Source of the DNA: Carcharhinus longimanus
Taxonomy: Eukaryota
Assembly: GCA_030264375.1 (NCBI GenBank)
Contig: JASCQW010000148.1
Span: 39,514,245 to 39,578,244 of the forward strand
DNA: 64,000 bases
Direction of reading: 5' to 3'
A program made the translations under genes and the position numbers. Below the pieces are notes generated by a model that was not told the DNA's origin, did no database searches, and saw only the letters and a list, made by a program, of their open reading frames with translations. Each line of letters begins with the position of its first letter. Position 1 is the stretch's first letter. This document shows, piece by piece, positions 39,830-54,609 of this stretch.

Positions 39830-41130
39830 GTAAAAGTTTCAATGAGCAGGTTGCCTCAAGGATCAGTGCTTGAGCCTTAACAATTTACAAATTATATCAG
39901 TGGCTTAGATGAAGAGATCGAGTGCAAAGTATTTGAGATTACCGATAGAAAGCTGGCTATGAAACTGAGCTGTGAGGACTGGTATGGAGGCTGTAAATTG
40001 GTTGGGTGAGTGGGAAAGAACATGGCAGGTGGAATGCAATGTGAGCAAGTGTGAAGTTATTCATTTTCTAAGGAAAAAGGGGGAAAGATTTTTAGTTTGA
40101 GACTGGGAAATGTTCAACAGAACCTGAATATTCCACAGTACATGGATTACAAAGTTAAGAAATAAGTACAGCAAGCAGTTGGGGAAACAAAGTGTGATTG
40201 CTTTTATTACAAAGAATTAAAGTATACAGTAAATGGCAGAACCCTTAAGAGTATTGATAGGCAAAGGGATCTGGGTGTACAGGTACACAGGTCTATGAAA
40301 GTGGCAATGCAGGTAGAGANNNNNNNNNNNNNNNNNNNNNNNNNNNNNNNNNNNNNNNNNNNNNNNNNNNNNNNNNNNNNNNNNNNNNNNNNNNNNNNNN
40401 NNNNNNNNNNNNNNNNNNNCAGAACCCTTAAGAGTATTGATAGGCAAAGGGATCTGGGTGTACAGGTACACAGGTCTCTGAAAGTGGCAATGCAGGTAGA
40501 GAAGGTAGTCAAGAAGGCATACGGCATGCTTGACTTCATTGGCTAGGGTATTGAGTTTAAAAATTGGCAAGTCACGTTGCAGCTTTATAGAACCATAGGA
40601 ACATAGTGTTCAATTCTGGTTGCCACACTACCAGAAGGATGTGGAGGCTTTGGAGAGAGAAAAGATTTACTAGGAAGTTGCCTGGTATGAGGGCATTAGC
40701 TATGAGGAGAGGTTGGAGAAACTTGGTTTGTTCTCATTGGAGCAACGGAGGTTGGGGAGAGATCTGATAGAAGCTTACAAAATTATGAGGGGCATGGACA
40801 GAGTGGATATTCAGAAGCTTTTTCCCAGGCTGGAAGAGTCAATTACTAGGGGACATAGGTTTAAGATGCGAGGGGCAAGGTTTAAAAGAGATGTACGAGC
40901 AGATTTTTTACACAGAGAATTGTGGGTGCCTGGAACTCGTTGCGGGGGAGGTAGTGGAAGTGGATATGGTAGTGACTTTTAAAGGGCATCCTGACAAGTA
41001 CATGAATGGGATGGGAATAGAGGGATATGGTCCCCAGAAGGGTAGGGGGTTTTAGTTAAGGAGGGCAGCATGGTCAATGCAGGCTTGGAGAGCTGAAGGG
41101 CCTGTTCCTGTGCTGTAACCTTCTTTGTTC
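39830..41130 (+). mobile_element. CR1-type LINE 3' fragments (nested)
   Basis: QRDLGVQVHRSLKVAMQVEKVVKKAYGML and LGLFSLEQRRL remnants plus tail. Confidence 0.85.
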
Positions 41131-42180
41131 TTTTCTTTATATACAGTAGTGAAGAAGGCTCATTGCAATTTTATATTGTATCTTAGTGAGAATATGTCTC
41201 GAGTACTGTATATGCTATTTTGTTCTCCATGCCCACCAATTGCACTACTGTTGGAGGGAGTGCAACAAAGGTTCACTCGACTGATTGCAAGGATGAGGGA
41301 ATTATCTCACGAATTGAGGAGACTAGATCTATATTCCTTAGAATTTAGAACAATGAGGTGATCTCATGGACCCGCATTAGAATTCTTCAAGATTTCACTT
41401 GGTAGATCTTTTCAATTTAAAATTTTATTTCATGGATATGGGCATTGCTGGCTAGGCCAGCATTTATTGCCCATTCTATTTTCCCTTGAGAAGATGGTGG
41501 TTAGCTGCCTTCTTGAACTGCCATAGTCCATGTGTTGTAGGTACACCCACAGTGCTGTTAGTTCTCAATGTTTCTCCTTGTGGACAGAGAAAGAATGGCT
41601 ACAACAATAATTTAACAATAATGGCAGTAGTGGCTTTAAAATGGCTATTCGGGCTGAGAGCTAAGTATGCTAGGAATTTTGGTCAACTTATAGATTAAAA
41701 CCAGATGCAGGTCAGAGACTCTGGTGTGGGATCTGTGACCTTTGTTTGGCAGCGATAACTTGAAGAGACCAACCATCGCGACAAGACCTTGTACCCGGAA
41801 GGATACTTCAGAGAGAAGATAGATTCTATATCGAGAATATTTCTTGGCCAAGGTTTTCCTAACTCAGTAGTATCTAATTTGTTAAATAGTTAAAAGTGAT
41901 GTTCAGTTAAAGTGCAGTTTAAGAGTTAAAGTTCAGTTGAAAGTTGATGTTCAGTAAAGAGTTAATGAGTTGCAACTGTTTATGTTTGAGTTGGTATTAG
42001 AAGTGTTAAGTAAAGAAATAATTTAATTACTGTCCTTGTTTGTCTCTTCAAATGCTTGGAAAGTGTACAGACAGTAGGGTAGGTTAATTTATGATGTGGA
42101 TATGCCGACGTTGGACTGGGGTAAACACAGTAAAAAGTCTGACAACACCAGGTTTTAGTCCAACCGCTTTATTTGATAGT

Positions 42181-42230
42181 AAACTCACAAGCTTTCAGGT
42201 TAGTCCCTTCGTCAGGTGAATGGAGAGTTC
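42181..42230 (-). ncRNA. Minimal type-I hammerhead ribozyme motif
   Basis: - strand: AACUCUCCAUUCAC CUGACGA AGG gacuaa CCU GAAA GC UU GUGAGUU; intact core, stem II and stem I. Confidence 0.65.
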
Positions 42231-43134
42231 TGGCCTCAGACAGANNNNNNNNNNNNNNNNNNNNNNNNNNNNNNNNNNNNNNNNNNNNNNNNNNNNNNNN
42301 NNNNNNNNNNNNNNNNNNNNNNNNNNNNNNNNNNNNNNNNNNNNNNNNNNNNNNNNNNNNNNNNNNNNNNNNNNNNNNNNNNNNNNNNNNNNNNNNNNNN
42401 NNNNNNNNNNNNNNNNNNNNNNNNNNNNNNNNNNNNNNNNNNNNNNNNNNNNNNNNNNNNNNNNNNNNNNNNNNNNNNNNNNNNNNNNNNNNNNNNNNNN
42501 NNNNNNNNNNNNNNNNNNNNNNNNNNNNNNNNNNNNNNNNNNNNNNNNNNNNNNNNNNNNNNNNNNNNNNNNNNNNNNNNNNNNNNNTCAACATGTCCCT
42601 CTCCTTTGTGAATACTGATGCAAAGTATTCATTTAGGATCTCACCTACTTCTTTGAGTTCTAAGCATAATTCCCCTCCTTTGTCCCTGAGAGGTCCGATT
42701 CTTTCCCTGACAACTCTCTTGTTCCTAACGTATGTATAAAATGCCTTAGGATTCTCCTTAATCCTGTCTGCCAAGGACATTTCGTGTCCTTGAGAAATTT
42801 CTCTCGTTCCATGTTCAAGACAGGGATGAGATGGATTTTTGGATGCTGACTATAATCAAGAACTATAGGCATAGTGTGGGAAGGTGGAATTGAAGTGTAT
42901 CAGTCTTGATCATATTGAATGCCAGAGCATATTCAAAGCTGCTCCTCCAATTTCTTATATTTTTATTATTTGGGGTCAGTTAGATAGATGGCTTGAGTGT
43001 GGCACAATACATGGACATTTGTCTCCACACTGCCTCCATGCTTGTAATTGGCTTTCCTCAAGCTATATAGGACCAATCATCTCTCTCTAAAGAGAGATGC
43101 CTTTGTGGTTGTTAAATATCATACCTCTGCTCTT

Positions 43135-43314
43135 GTGATGCGGAGATGCCAGCATTGGATTGGGGTAAGCACAGTAAGTAGTCTCACAACACTAGGTTAA
43201 AGTCCAATAGATTTATTTGGAATCACGAGCTTTCAGTTTGCTGCTCCATCAGTTCCGAAAGCTCATGATTCCAAATAAAGCTGTTGGGACTTTAACTAGT
43301 GTTGAGAGACTTCT
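43135..43314. mobile_element. Same family, palindromic copy
   Basis: Inverted arms around CACGAGCTTTC...CCGAAAGCTCATG. Confidence 0.6.
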
Positions 43315-43614
43315 ATGTTCTTCTGTAAAGATCAACATTCCATTAGCTATTTTGATTCCGTTTGCTCTTCCATGGCTCAACCTTTCCCAATTAAAACATT
43401 TGTTATTTTCCTCAGTCTCAATGTATGAATTCCATACACCGTATTTCAGGTGCATTTGATCCACTTGTGTACTTTTAACTTCCTGCTTTGGTCTATACCT
43501 AGATCAAAATTTAACAGAAGAACCTTAAGCACAACTCAAGAGTTAACAGCCATTTGTAGCCCCCATGAGTGAAACGGCCACATTCATCAACTATACATTA
43601 ACACACGAGTTTAC

Positions 43615-46600
43615 ACATAAATTTGTTTGAGCTTTATTTAACAATTTTAAATACAGGCAAGATACTGTATTCAGTGCATGAAACAAACTGGGGGCACAGC
43701 AACACCGCAGTGGCTAGTGTTCTGCATTTTTGCGACTGACCACACAACATAGTTAATTAGAATTGTAACAGCCTCGATGCATTTTCAGGGCTCTGCAAGT
43801 CTGGAGGTGGTTTTTTTTTTTAAACACCATTGTGTCCAATTGTGCTGGGAACAACTGAATTAATATGGAGCCGGTTCCATCTCCAAAACAATCACTGTAA
43901 TCCACAATAGCACCGCTGGGCAATCACTAGTTACAAACTACTGAGGGGGAAGTCGGTGGAAGAAGCAGACCAGATCCAATTTTAATAAAACAAAACAGTC
44001 CAAATCAGTCTCAAAACTGAGTGTAAACGGGCAATATTCCAAAATTTACAATTAAACCGGGAGCCCCAGGAGTGGGTGACTAAACTGTTTTAATCAATGC
44101 CACTCCACAGCATTTACACATGGTGTAAAATACACCAAACCAGCAAGAGCACACAAGTTCAATCACAGAACCAGTTTGTAGGAAATGCAAAAGGAAAATG
44201 ACTTTGCACAACTATTACAAACAGCTGCTATGAAATGGGTACCACACTTAAAAACTGTGGCGATTTCTGTTCAATAGCCACCACAGTCAAGACACATCTT
44301 AGTTACAATGCTGTATAGTTCAGATTATCCATAGGATCCGGTCACAAACTGCTTGGATAGTTACATATTTGTTTTTGAAGGGGGAAGAAATCATATAGTT
44401 AGAGATTGAGAACGAAACACTGAGTTAACTGGGAGAGGAAACTACTTCCTAAACCATATCATCTGCAGCTTTGGTTAAAAACAAACTGTAAAATACATCA
44501 CCAAACCCAACCTCAAAAGAAAAAAGTTGAAGCAGCGCATCCTCCGGGGCACTTAGCCATAAAAAGGTGGCAAATTCACGTTTAGTGGAGACAGCACCAT
44601 GTTAAACCCACCTTGTAACAAGAAAGCAGCTGCAGTAAATCAAGTCTGAAAATACTATACTGGTTAACCTGAGACTGCCTGCACAAAACATCTGAAGCTT
44701 TCTAAACTACTGTAAACTCCACTGCAATATCTCAGTTGGCAGATCGGGTGGGAGGAAAAGAGAGAGACAGAGAATGCGGCAACTCATCCACAGAATTCCA
44801 TTACACAGAGAACAGGTATCCTTAGAGAGCGAGCCTAGGCTTCTGTCGAGAAAAGCAAAGCTTGGCACAGCGACGGCACGACACAGTAACAGCAACCCAT
44901 TTAAAACATGCACACGGGTACAGCAGCTTTCAAAATTATTTCATAGGTCTCTGCTTGTCCAATATACTTGGATAGGCCCTCCCTCACCACTCTGAAGTCG
45001 CAGTGGAAAGGCAAGGAGACTGTTAACTTGTGCAAGTATTTACTAAGTTCCGGGTCACGATTGGAGTTTCGCCTCCTATCGATTGCAGGGAAAACATTTT
45101 AGGACTGACTGCACCAGTCTTCGTTCAAAATTGCTCACAAGGTGTACAGTTATGGCTACAAGGGAGTCAAGATCTCCAAGGGTGTACCCTTCCACCACTT
45201 CATATGCGTAATCTACCCAGCTGAGTCATACACAAAACCCTCACGCTCTCGGGCACAATGAATATTTTTGCTCAGCAGGGTTTCCAAGCTGGATACCAGC
45301 CACCTGCTGACTCCAACGAAAATAACTTAATATAAAAAAATATACTTCGCACTTGTAAATATGTTGAAAGTTAAATACGATTTCTTGAGTTGCATTGAAA
45401 TGACACCCTCGAACCCCAGCTGGCTTCAGACTGACTTGCTATCTAGAGAGGAACAGGCAGAAATGAGCATCCAGCAGCATGGGGAACCGTGCAAAAGAAA
45501 ATCTCTCATGTATTTTCCCCCTCCAAGTCTGGCCTTTTTGGACCACTTCCTAAAGAGGGTTACACTGGGAGGCCAAATTGCAACAGTGCCTTGTGGTGGG
45601 CTGCCCGACGAAAGCATGCTGGTCAGGGACCACATTGTTCGAGAGGGACAGGGAAGGAGTCTAGAACAAAAATCAGAGGCTTTGGCAACATACGTGCGCT
45701 ACCGTGCTGGATAGGAGAACGGAGGTAATATTAAGGACACAACATCTGTAAATGCAACAGAGCAACGGAACCGAATCTTGGCTCCAGGACCTGGATTTCA
45801 ATTCAAAAGGCAGCTCCCGGCTTTGAGATATGCCCTTGGTGAAGAAGCCAATACCATCACCAATTTCACCCTACAACCCATACCCGAACAGTGAGCATTG
45901 TACACCATTACTGGATAACCTCCCAGCATAACCACACACACCATTTTTTAAAACTATTACCAAGTGGATGCACCACACCATAAATTCAACATTCATGTCC
46001 TTAAAAATTTTCTGCCTTGTATGGTCTTGAATTAAAATTGTGGGAATAACTTAGCTGACAATTGTTTACCACCACCCCCCACCCGCCCCCCCGAGAGTTC
46101 TGATATGACTTGAAAAATGACCGATTTAAAGCACCACTAAACCCTCGCTTTGACCTGCGCTACATCGAATATAACCTCCAACACATAAGTCAAGGAGTAG
46201 CAGAACTGTGTAGAGTGCTCGAACTGGGTTACGAGATTGAAACGACAAAGATGCTTATTGTGAAACCTGCTCACTCCAGCAGCCATCACTGTAACCTAAA
46301 AATCAGTTCTCTTTTCCCCTGTGCAAGGCTAAAATGTTATTGTTTCATTTTTAATTCTTTCCTTGTCAAGTGGACAAGATCCAGAGACCTGGCATTAGTA
46401 TAATCCCTGGAACACACAGTAAGCTGGGTCTTTTTTTCTTCTTCTCTATAATTACATTAGCAGCAAGCTGTCCCAGAGTCACATAATGCTACCGGAGCAA
46501 ATCTTTTAGTTTTTAGGTAACTCTGTTCAGCTACACGTTATCACCGAACTTCAAACAGATCAGATTTTACAACATAAAAAACTGTACATAAGATTTTGTT

Positions 46601-46866
46601 CAAATACATATCAACATATAAATATAGACAGAAGCTTCCGGTTGGGAATCTCCATAGTCTTCGTAGCGGTTGATTGTACGAAGGGAAGCCCTAGCCCCCT
46701 CTTCTCACAGAGACCTCCTCAAGTCCATTCTGTTTTTTTTGTTCTTCCTCAGTGCTTAGGAAACGTTAAGTCCAGTCTGAATTGTGCAAAACAAAACTGA
46801 CGCCACTGTTGATCCATGGCGAAAGCATGCGGGGCGAGGGAGAGGAGGGGCAGGGGAGGGAGGGGG
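43615..46866 (-). other. ZMYND19: Probable long 3' UTR of ZMYND19 ending at AATAAA (43638-43633)
   Basis: ~3.2 kb without recognisable repeats directly after the stop, ending in a canonical AATAAA on the - strand; a proximal ATTAAA lies at ~46349-46354. Confidence 0.6.
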
Positions 46867-47019
<153 letters not shown>

Positions 47020-47118
47020 TTACAAAAAGGCAAAGAGTTAGTAAAAGAGAAACAGGTGGTGAGAAATGATGCCATCTGATCACTTAGCAGTAGAGGCGCT
47101 GATGTGATTTCATTTATA

Positions 47119-47436
47119 CCATAGAAACCCTACAGTGCAAAAAGAGGCCATTTGGCCCACTGAGTCTGCACTGACCATAATCCCACCCAGGCCCTACCCT
47201 CATATCCCTACATTTTACCCACTAATCCCTCTAACCTACGCATCACTAAGGGGCAATTTTATCATGGCCAATCAACCTAACCTGCTCATCTTTGGATTGT
47301 GGGAGGAAACTGGAGCACCCAGAGGAAAACCCATGCAGACATGAGGAGAATGTGCAAACTCCACACAGACAGTGACCTGAACTGGGAATAGAACCCAGTC
47401 CCTGGCACTGTGAAGCAGCTGTGCTACTTGTACCAT
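47119..47436 (-). mobile_element. V-SINE (HE1-like)
   Basis: Reverse complement of the consensus motifs. Confidence 0.8.
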
Positions 47437-48962
47437 ACCAGTGTTACTAAAGTGCATAGGGATCCAACCTGTAATCCCTAGGGGGACAGAGATTTAAGAT
47501 AAAGGGCAGGAGGTTTAGAGGGGATGGGAGGAAAAGTTTTTTCACCCAGAGGGTGGCAAGAATCTGGAAGTCACTGTCTGCAAGGATGGTGGAGGCAGGG
47601 ACCCTCATAACATTTAAGTATTGTGATGCCAAGATGTACAAGGCTATGGGCTAAGTGCTGGAAAATGGGATTAGAATAGTTAGGTGATTTGTCTTTGATT
47701 GGCACAGACGCAGTGGGCTGAAGGGCCTTTGTCTGTGCTGTATCCCTCTGTGACTCTAAAGATCCTTATTTGTATTTTACAGGATGGCCATATAACACAG
47801 GGCTACCACTTTCTTGTAAATCCTTATTCTGCCAAAGGTGGTGACTCTGGCTGAGTCAATACCCACATGTTCCAACAGTCCCTCTGGTACATAAATGAAG
47901 ACATTCTTTATTTGCATAGCTGCTGTTCAAAGACTATTTGCCAGCAGGCTGCCACCATTCCCCTCAACCCTCTCCTCAATCAGGAAGAATGAAACCTGCT
48001 GTACCTAACGTGCAACCATATCACCATTTGCAGGTCATCCAGCCAAAATCCTCAAGTCTCAGCCTACCAGCCTGGTGGGTGTGCCTACACTACATGGACA
48101 GCAGCAGTTCATGGTGGCAGCTCGCGGTCACCTTCTCAAGGGCAGTCAGGGATGGGCAATAAATATCGGCCAGTTAGTGATGCCCACATCCCATGAATGA
48201 ATTAAAGAACCATCCAACACAGTCGCATTACCAATGGATCAGACCAACTCTAACAAACCAAGATGTGTATTAACCAAAAGCAATACACAACTTGGAATTC
48301 CACTGAGCCGGCAATCCAAGGACCTGCACTAAAATCCAGAGAACGCCACGTCAAATTTCTCCGTGGCTCTCTCGGAAAAATTGAAGTGTTAAAAAAATCT
48401 TGAAATAAAAGTGACCATGAAGCCACTTGTATGTTGTAAAAACTTATTAACATCCCTTAGGGAAGGAAACCTGTTCTCCTGGCCCAGGTCTGGGCTATGA
48501 AGGACCTCAAAGTGGCTGACTCTTTCTTAACTGCCTTTAGAAGTCTCCCAGCAAGCCACTCAGTTGAATCAGCAGCAATTAATGACTGTGTAGTTCTGGA
48601 GTCACACACCACTGCCAATTCCCACTTCAATACTGACCAGCTCAAAGGCTGTCCATACATCCCAGAGCTGGAAACGAGATAGTGGGTTAAAATGGTGGAG
48701 CAACAAGGAAAGAATCCACGATTGAGAGTTGTTTGCATCAAGTAGAATCAACCAACTTTTTCTTTGTGGCATCCTCAGTAGGCAGGACTTCAGCACAACA
48801 CAATTTAGTTTAGCGCAGCAGAGAGAGTGTGCTGCATGGTTGGAGGTACCAGCTTCCTGTCCTGATGAATGCACAGCCTATAGTAAATCCAAAGAGGGAG
48901 AGTCTTTGACCAAAAATGCCTTCCCAAAAGCAGACCATGTGGTCAGCCATCCCATTCGACCC

Positions 48963-48963
<1 letters not shown>

Positions 48964-49008
<45 letters not shown>
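48964..49008 (+). repeat. (TG)n microsatellite
   Basis: ~22 uninterrupted TG units in ZMYND19 intron 5. Confidence 0.97.
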
Positions 49009-49010
<2 letters not shown>

Positions 49011-49387
49011 TTGCAGCTAGCAACCTGATTAATGCGCTTGCCTAGCTTTCAAAATGAATTTGTTGGATGAGGTGCACATCAAGACAGTTGGAAAATGTAA
49101 TAAGGCTGCACATCAACTCAGGCTTTTTTATAAGTCACGATCTAGCCTTGGATGTAACATAATTCTATCACTAGATGGCAATAGATACAACAGAGACAAT
49201 GTACTGAGACAGAATAGCACAGTACATCTATCTGGGCCCAATCACTGGCAGCGTATCAATGTTCTAATGTCTGATACTCCCAGCATAAACCTCTCTCTCC
49301 ACTTTTAAGACATTCCTTAAAACCTATCCCCCTGACTAAGCTTATGGTCTCCTGTCATGTATGGCTTGGAGTTAAATTTTGCCTGAT

Positions 49388-49640
49388 TAGATCCTATAGT
49401 CATGATGTGGGTATGCCGGCGTTGGACTGGCGTAAACACAGTAAAAAGTCTGACAACACCAGGTTTTAGTCNNNNNNNNNNNNNNNNNNNNNNNNNNNNN
49501 NNNNNNNNNNNNNNNNNNNNNNNNNNNNNNNNNNNNNNNNNNNNNNNNNNNNNNNNNNNNNNNNNNNNNNNTAGAATATTTTCAAATAAATTGGTTGTAG
49601 TACAACCTGGTGTTTTCAGACTTTTTACTAGATCCTATAG
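49388..49640. mobile_element. Same family, palindromic copy with central assembly gap
   Basis: 12-bp TSD TAGATCCTATAG (49388-49399 / 49629-49640); inverted arms flank the N run. Confidence 0.65.
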
Positions 49641-50780
49641 AGCACCTTGGTTCATTTATAGACATGCTAAAAGTGCTTATATCTTTGCTCAGTACGAGAA
49701 GAGGGACGTTTGGGTCCAACATATTATCCGTGCTACATGTCCTATCTGACCTTCTTGATCAGTCTCTCATCTTTCAGCAGACGTACTCTCAGAAGGAGTC
49801 TCGAATGCCCAAGACCAGTCTATCTTTAATCAGATAATCTTTTAGCTGTCCAGATTCACCTGATCCTATAAGCTGCATCACAGCAGCCACATACTGATCC
49901 ATGGTTTCCTTTTCACCCTGAGCTCTAGCACTGAATACGGTGTTCATATATAATGTTCACTCGGGTTCACAATGTTCAAGGTTTTCAAAATCTTTGCTGT
50001 CTATATTCTTTGTTGATTAGACTTAGGGTGGTATACAATTTGTGGCAATCTTTCCCAGCAGCATTAGGATTGCGGCTACTCTTATTGGTCATTAAATCTG
50101 TAGCTAGCTTGTAGTTTTGCCATTGCAAAAAATACTACTAAACCTGTGCCAGAACTGAGCACTGGAGAGCCAGTCAAGGTGTAAACCTTTAACGCTCTCA
50201 GTAAGAGTCAGCCCATGGGGAAACTTGCAATATGCTTAGAGAAATTGCCACCTCAATCAGATATGGTGGAAATGAATGAGCAAACATACTAGTACAACCA
50301 CAGGCAAAGGCACACAACTGGCCAAGCTATTCCTTTAAAGCACAAAGCTGTTCCTTTACAGCAATGAAACACTAAGAAGAGCTCTTACCACTGTATTAAG
50401 TACAGAATTACCATCAATTCCAGAGATCTACATGTCCCAACAACCACAACAAGGCAAGAGTTATCAGGGCAACAAGTGCCACAAGAACAATACTCCCAGA
50501 CCAACAACTATGTCAATATTCACATGTCCCATTAAGAGACCTGCACGCAATGCAGGGCCAGAGACTGACAAGTAGAACAGTTGTTAATACATGAGAATAT
50601 TGGTTAACCTGGGTAAATTGGTTACAGACGATCGTATGTGCAAATTTGTTTTCTGCTTGCTAGGAAAAGGGAGAATGTTTATATCTTTGCTCAGTATGAA
50701 AGTGGGGGGAGATATAGGTTTGAAATGCAATTAGTTCTACATCTCCTATCTGGCTTTCCGAAGTCAGGTGACCTCAGTTA

Positions 50781-51140
<360 letters not shown>

Positions 51141-51456
51141 TTATTTATTGGCCACAAGTAGGCTTACATTAACACTGCAGTGAAGTCACTGTGAAATTAG
51201 TACCACAACCTGCGTTTTAGTGGCTCACTACATTGGAGGCAAAATCTCAGACCAAACTGCCACCTAATAAATGCATTTCCTTTTACATGTTTGGTTCGGA
51301 CAGCTGCAGTTTGCTCAGGCAAGCGGTGTATTCTGATTAAATAAACTGAATGCATTATAATACTAAACCCGTGAACAACACATACCCCAAGGAGACACAT
51401 ATCACCTCTTTCCACCCCACCCTCTCACAGCTTCCGCTCAGCGATGACTTGCCTCA

Positions 51457-51746
51457 AGAGGCCATTCGGCCCATCAAGTCTGCACCAACTACTACCCCAC
51501 CCACGCCTACCCCCACATATTTTACCCACTAATCCCTCTAACTTAGGCATCTCAGGAACAATTTTTTTAGCATGGCCAATCAACCTTACCCACACATCTT
51601 TGGACTGTGGGAGGAAACCAGACCACCCAAAGGAATCCCACGCAGACATGAGGAGCAAACTCCACACAGACAGTCACCCAAGCTGGGAATCGAACCCAGG
51701 TCCCTGGAGCTGTGAAGCAACAGTGCTAACCACTGTGCTACCGTGC
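51457..51746 (-). mobile_element. V-SINE (HE1-like)
   Basis: Reverse complement of the consensus motifs. Confidence 0.8.
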
Positions 51747-51749
51747 TGA

Positions 51750-52200
51750 TCCTATCTCTAAGAATCTTCTCCAACAGACATCAAGCTCACTGGCCTATAA
51801 TTACCTGGGTTATCCTTGCTACCCTTCTTAAATAACAGGACCACATTTGCTATCCTCCAATCCTCTGGGACCTCACCTGTGTCCACTGAAGAGACAAAGA
51901 TTTCTGTTAGAGGCCCAGCAATTTCACCCCTTGTCTCCCTGAGCAGTCTAGGATAGATGCCATCAAGCCCTGGGGATTTGTCTGTCTTAATGTTTCCTAA
52001 AAAATCTAACACTTCCTCCCTTGTAATTGAGATTTTTTTTTTTAAACAGATCAACACATCTCTTCGAGACACTACCAGTCAACATGTATCGTGTCAAAGG
52101 CCTGGCTAAAATTCATGCAGCCAACACTGACTGCACTGTCTTCATCTGCCTTCTTGATTACCCCTTCAAAAAACTCAAATTTGAAAGACATGATTTTCCA
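51750..52200 (-). mobile_element. CR1-type LINE ORF2 fragment
   Basis: KSPGLDGIYPRLLRE..VPEDWRIANVVLLFKKGSKDNPGNYRPVSL. Confidence 0.85.
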
Positions 52201-54609
52201 CACTGAAAATCAAAATTGTGCAGCCTCAGCCTTCCATTGCTTAATTGTCCACCACCTTTCAAGATTGACTTGTCTAAGACTGTGGAGCTTTGATCTGGTC
52301 TGATGGATGTGGAGTCACTTAACTCTATTGCTCTTCTTCACCTTAATCCCCAAATCTTCTGTCATTCATGATTTGTTTGCCCTACCTTTCCACTTCATGG
52401 CAACAAACTTTGACTGTGCCCGAACTAACTCTTCTTTAAAATCAGCCCATTGCTCAGCTACCTACAGTTTTGCTGTAAATATTTCAATACAATTTATCTG
52501 GGTCAAATCTGTTCTTACCCCACCGAAAATGGCTTTTGCCAAATACATAATTGCCCCCTGTCCTTTTTCCATAGCTAACCCAAACCTAACGATCACTGTT
52601 CCCGAAACACATCACGAATGTTATTTAATCCACTTGGCTCACCTCACTCCCAAGAACCAGGTCCAGCAGTATCTCATTTCTCACTGGGCTCATTGGAAAC
52701 ATATTGCTATCAAAAATTCTCCTTAACACATGCTAGGAACACTTGCCCCTCTCTGCCATTTACACTATGACCATATCCCAGTCTTATTCAGATAATTAAA
52801 TCCCCTATGATAACTACTTGATCATTTTTGCACTTCTCCGCAATTTCCTGGCAAATTTATTCTTCTGCATCACTTCCCACTAATTAGCTGCCACGCTGAA
52901 CAACGTAATTACATTTTTTGTTCTTTCGCTCTATCCAAACAGATTCTATCTAATACTCCCTTGGGATATCCTCTCTCTCCAGCACTGTAATGCTCTCCAA
53001 TGCTCAGTATTGCCACCCTCCTCCTCTCCATTTTTTCCTGAACACTTTGTAGCCAGGAATACTTAACACGTGTCCTGCCTTTCTTTGAACTAGGTCTCCA
53101 TTACAGCCACATAAGAACATAAGAAATAGGAGCAGGAGTAGACCATCTAGCCTTTCGAGCCTGCCCCGCCATTCAATAAGATCATGGCTGATCTGTCATG
53201 GCTCAGTTCCACATTCCTGCCCTCTCCCCANNNNNNNNNNNNNNNNNNNNNNNNNNNNNNNNNNNNNNNNNNNNNNNNNNNNNNNNNNNNNNNNNNNNNN
53301 NNNNNNNNNNNNNNNNNNNNNNNNNNNNNNCTTACTTCCCCCCACTCCCCAGATCTGGCCACCCAACATCACACTAGCCAAGACAACCAACAGGGATTCA
53401 AAACAACTGGATGACAATCTTGGCTACTCAATGGATCTGACAAAAGGAAATTACCTCTGACCTTAAATGAAAGAACATGCATTTATATAGCACCACTGCT
53501 CCTGGCCTCAAGATGTCTAATAGGGCTTTACAGCCAATGAAATACTTCAATGCTGTAGAAAACGCAGCAGTAAATCTGTGAACAGCAAGGCCCTACAAAC
53601 AAATAAATGACCTGTTTATTTTAAATGTCAAGGGATAAATAGTCACTTTTGTTTTACATCACTCACAGGATGAGAGGGGGCATCACTTACTAGGCCAGCA
53701 TTTATTGCCCAATCATAATTGCGCTCAAGGTCTTGGACTGCTGCAGGACACATTGTGTAGCTACAGCCAGTGATTAAGCCTGCCAATTTGTAAAGTGCTG
53801 GGCAAAGGAGCCTTGATCAGTTGTAGATGTGCCTTGTAGATGGTACAGACTGCTACCATTGTGTTAGTGATGGAGGAAATAAATGCTTAAACTCAGTTAT
53901 TAAGGGTTTCCAACCACGTNNNNNNNNNNNNNNNNNNNNNNNNNNNNNNNNNNNNNNNNNNNNNNNNNNNNNNNNNNNNNNNNNNNNNNNNNNNNNNNNN
54001 NNNNNNNNNNNNNNNNNNNNNNNNNNNNNNNNNNNNNNNNNNNNNNNNNNNNNNNNNNNNNNNNNNNNNNNNNNNNNNNNNNNNNNNNNNNNNNNNNNNN
54101 NNNNNNNNNNNNNNNNNNNNNNNNNNNNNNNNNNNNNNNNNNNNNNNNNNNNNNNNNNNNNNNNNNNNNNNNNNNNNNNNNNNNNNNNNNNNNNNNNNNN
54201 NNNNNNNNNNNNNNNNNNNNNNNNNNNNNNNNNNNNNNNNNNNNNNNNNNNNNNNNNNNNNNNNNNNNNNNNNNNNNNNNNNNNNNNNNNNNNNNNNNNN
54301 NNNNNNNNNNNNNNNNNNNNNNNNNNNNNNNNNNNNNNNNNNNNNNNNNNNNNNNNNNNNNNNNNNNNNNNNNNNNNNNNNNNNNNNNNNNNNNNNNNNN
54401 NNNNNNNNNNNNNNNNNNNNNNNNNNNNNNNNNNNNNNNNNNNNNNNNNNNNNNNNNNNNNNNNNNNNNNNNNNNNNNNNNNNNNNNNNNNNNNNNNNNN
54501 NNNNNNNNNNNNNNNNNNNNNNNNNNNNNNNNNNNNNNNNNNNNNNNNNNNNNNNNNNNNNNNNNNNNNNNNNNNNNNNNNNNNNNNNNNNNNNNNNNNN
54601 NNNNNNNNN

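Noticed and set aside
40238-40500. ~80-bp direct repeat flanking a 100-N gap
   Set aside because: Same assembly artefact, inside a CR1 fragment.
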